DNA of 64,000 nt from Yuukianura sp. NJ FZ-2021 (Eukaryota): positions 7,316,001 through 7,380,000 of the forward strand of contig CM102285.1 in assembly GCA_046563655.1 (NCBI GenBank). The letters run 5' to 3'. Below the pieces are notes generated by a model. That model worked only from the letters and a program-made list of their open reading frames with translations, made no database searches and was not told the origin of the DNA. A program made the position numbers and the translations under genes. This document shows, piece by piece, positions 63,401 through 64,000 of this stretch; the first letter of the stretch is position 1, and the number at the start of each line of letters is the position of its first letter.

Positions 63401-64000
63401 AAAAACCTCAGTGCGGAACGATGCCGGGTGAAAATGACTTACTTTTCTGAACTCCTCCTGAAAAGTACTGCAGGACCCCAAGTTTAATTGGTGTGGATAG
63501 ATCGCCATTAAAGCTGGATAGAGCGGACTTAAAAGTCGGGATTAATCGCTCCGCCTCGAATTTTATCTGGGGTTTTTATACTGCACCCAGGGTAATGCCG
63601 AGCACCATTTTGACGTAAAACGACTTAAATTGGTGAGAATGAACATGCAAATGTGAGAATGAACGAAAAGTAAATTACATTTTTGAAATCCTCATAAAAA
63701 GTGCCACAGGTACACACTTTCACTTGCTGTGTCGTCCCTCATCTTGTTCCCTTTATTTATGAAAATTCATGTTTCAAAACAAAGAATTCAAAAGAAATGC
63801 ATTCCGGAACGATGCTGGGTAAAAGTCAACTACATTTCTGAATTCCTCATAAAAAGTGCTACAGTAACCCACTTTCACTTGCTGTGTCGTCCCTCATCTT
63901 GTTACCTTTATTTATGAAAATTCATGTTTCAAAACAACAAATTCAAGAAAGTTGCACTCCGGAACGATACTGGGTAAAAGTCAACTACAGTTTTGAAATC
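57412..64000 (+). repeat. Satellite array resumes (same ~697-698-bp unit, same orientation)
   Basis: Pseudo-ORF starts at 57599, 58297, 58995, 59692, 60390. Begins mid-spacer at TTAATCTATCCGCC. Confidence 0.98.

Noticed and set aside
17..63917. Dozens of 62-115 aa ORFs (MSSLILFPLFMKIH..., MAIYPHQ..., MFQNNKF...)
   Set aside because: They are translations of the satellite unit, mostly with GTG/TTG starts, and are opened or closed at random by unit variants. No domain features.

Overview
Eukaryotic (animal, probably arthropod/invertebrate) satellite DNA interrupted by a full-length Polinton/Maverick. About 46 kb (1-39435 and 57412-64000) is a tandem array of a ~697-bp unit made of three ~155-bp subunits plus a ~230-bp unique spacer. 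It has variant units, higher-order blocks, a fold-back inversion at ~2450 and a 404-bp palindromic MITE with a TA duplication. The Polinton (39436-57411, 17,976 bp, 159-bp TIRs starting AGTAG) encodes protein-primed PolB, DDE integrase, packaging ATPase, major and minor capsid proteins, adenain-like protease and core-like proteins. Manual splice reading recovers intron-containing genes the ORF track fragments: a six-exon RING-H2/coiled-coil/AT-hook protein, a three-exon F-box/LRR protein, a two-exon BIR-RING IAP, a small two-exon gene, and two extra 5' exons of PolB. Three virion genes (protease, core-like protein, minor capsid) each carry a 1-nt frameshift. The element has no target-site duplication and its two junctions fall at different satellite positions, which suggests recombination. 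All assignments come from motif reading by eye; no database searches were run.
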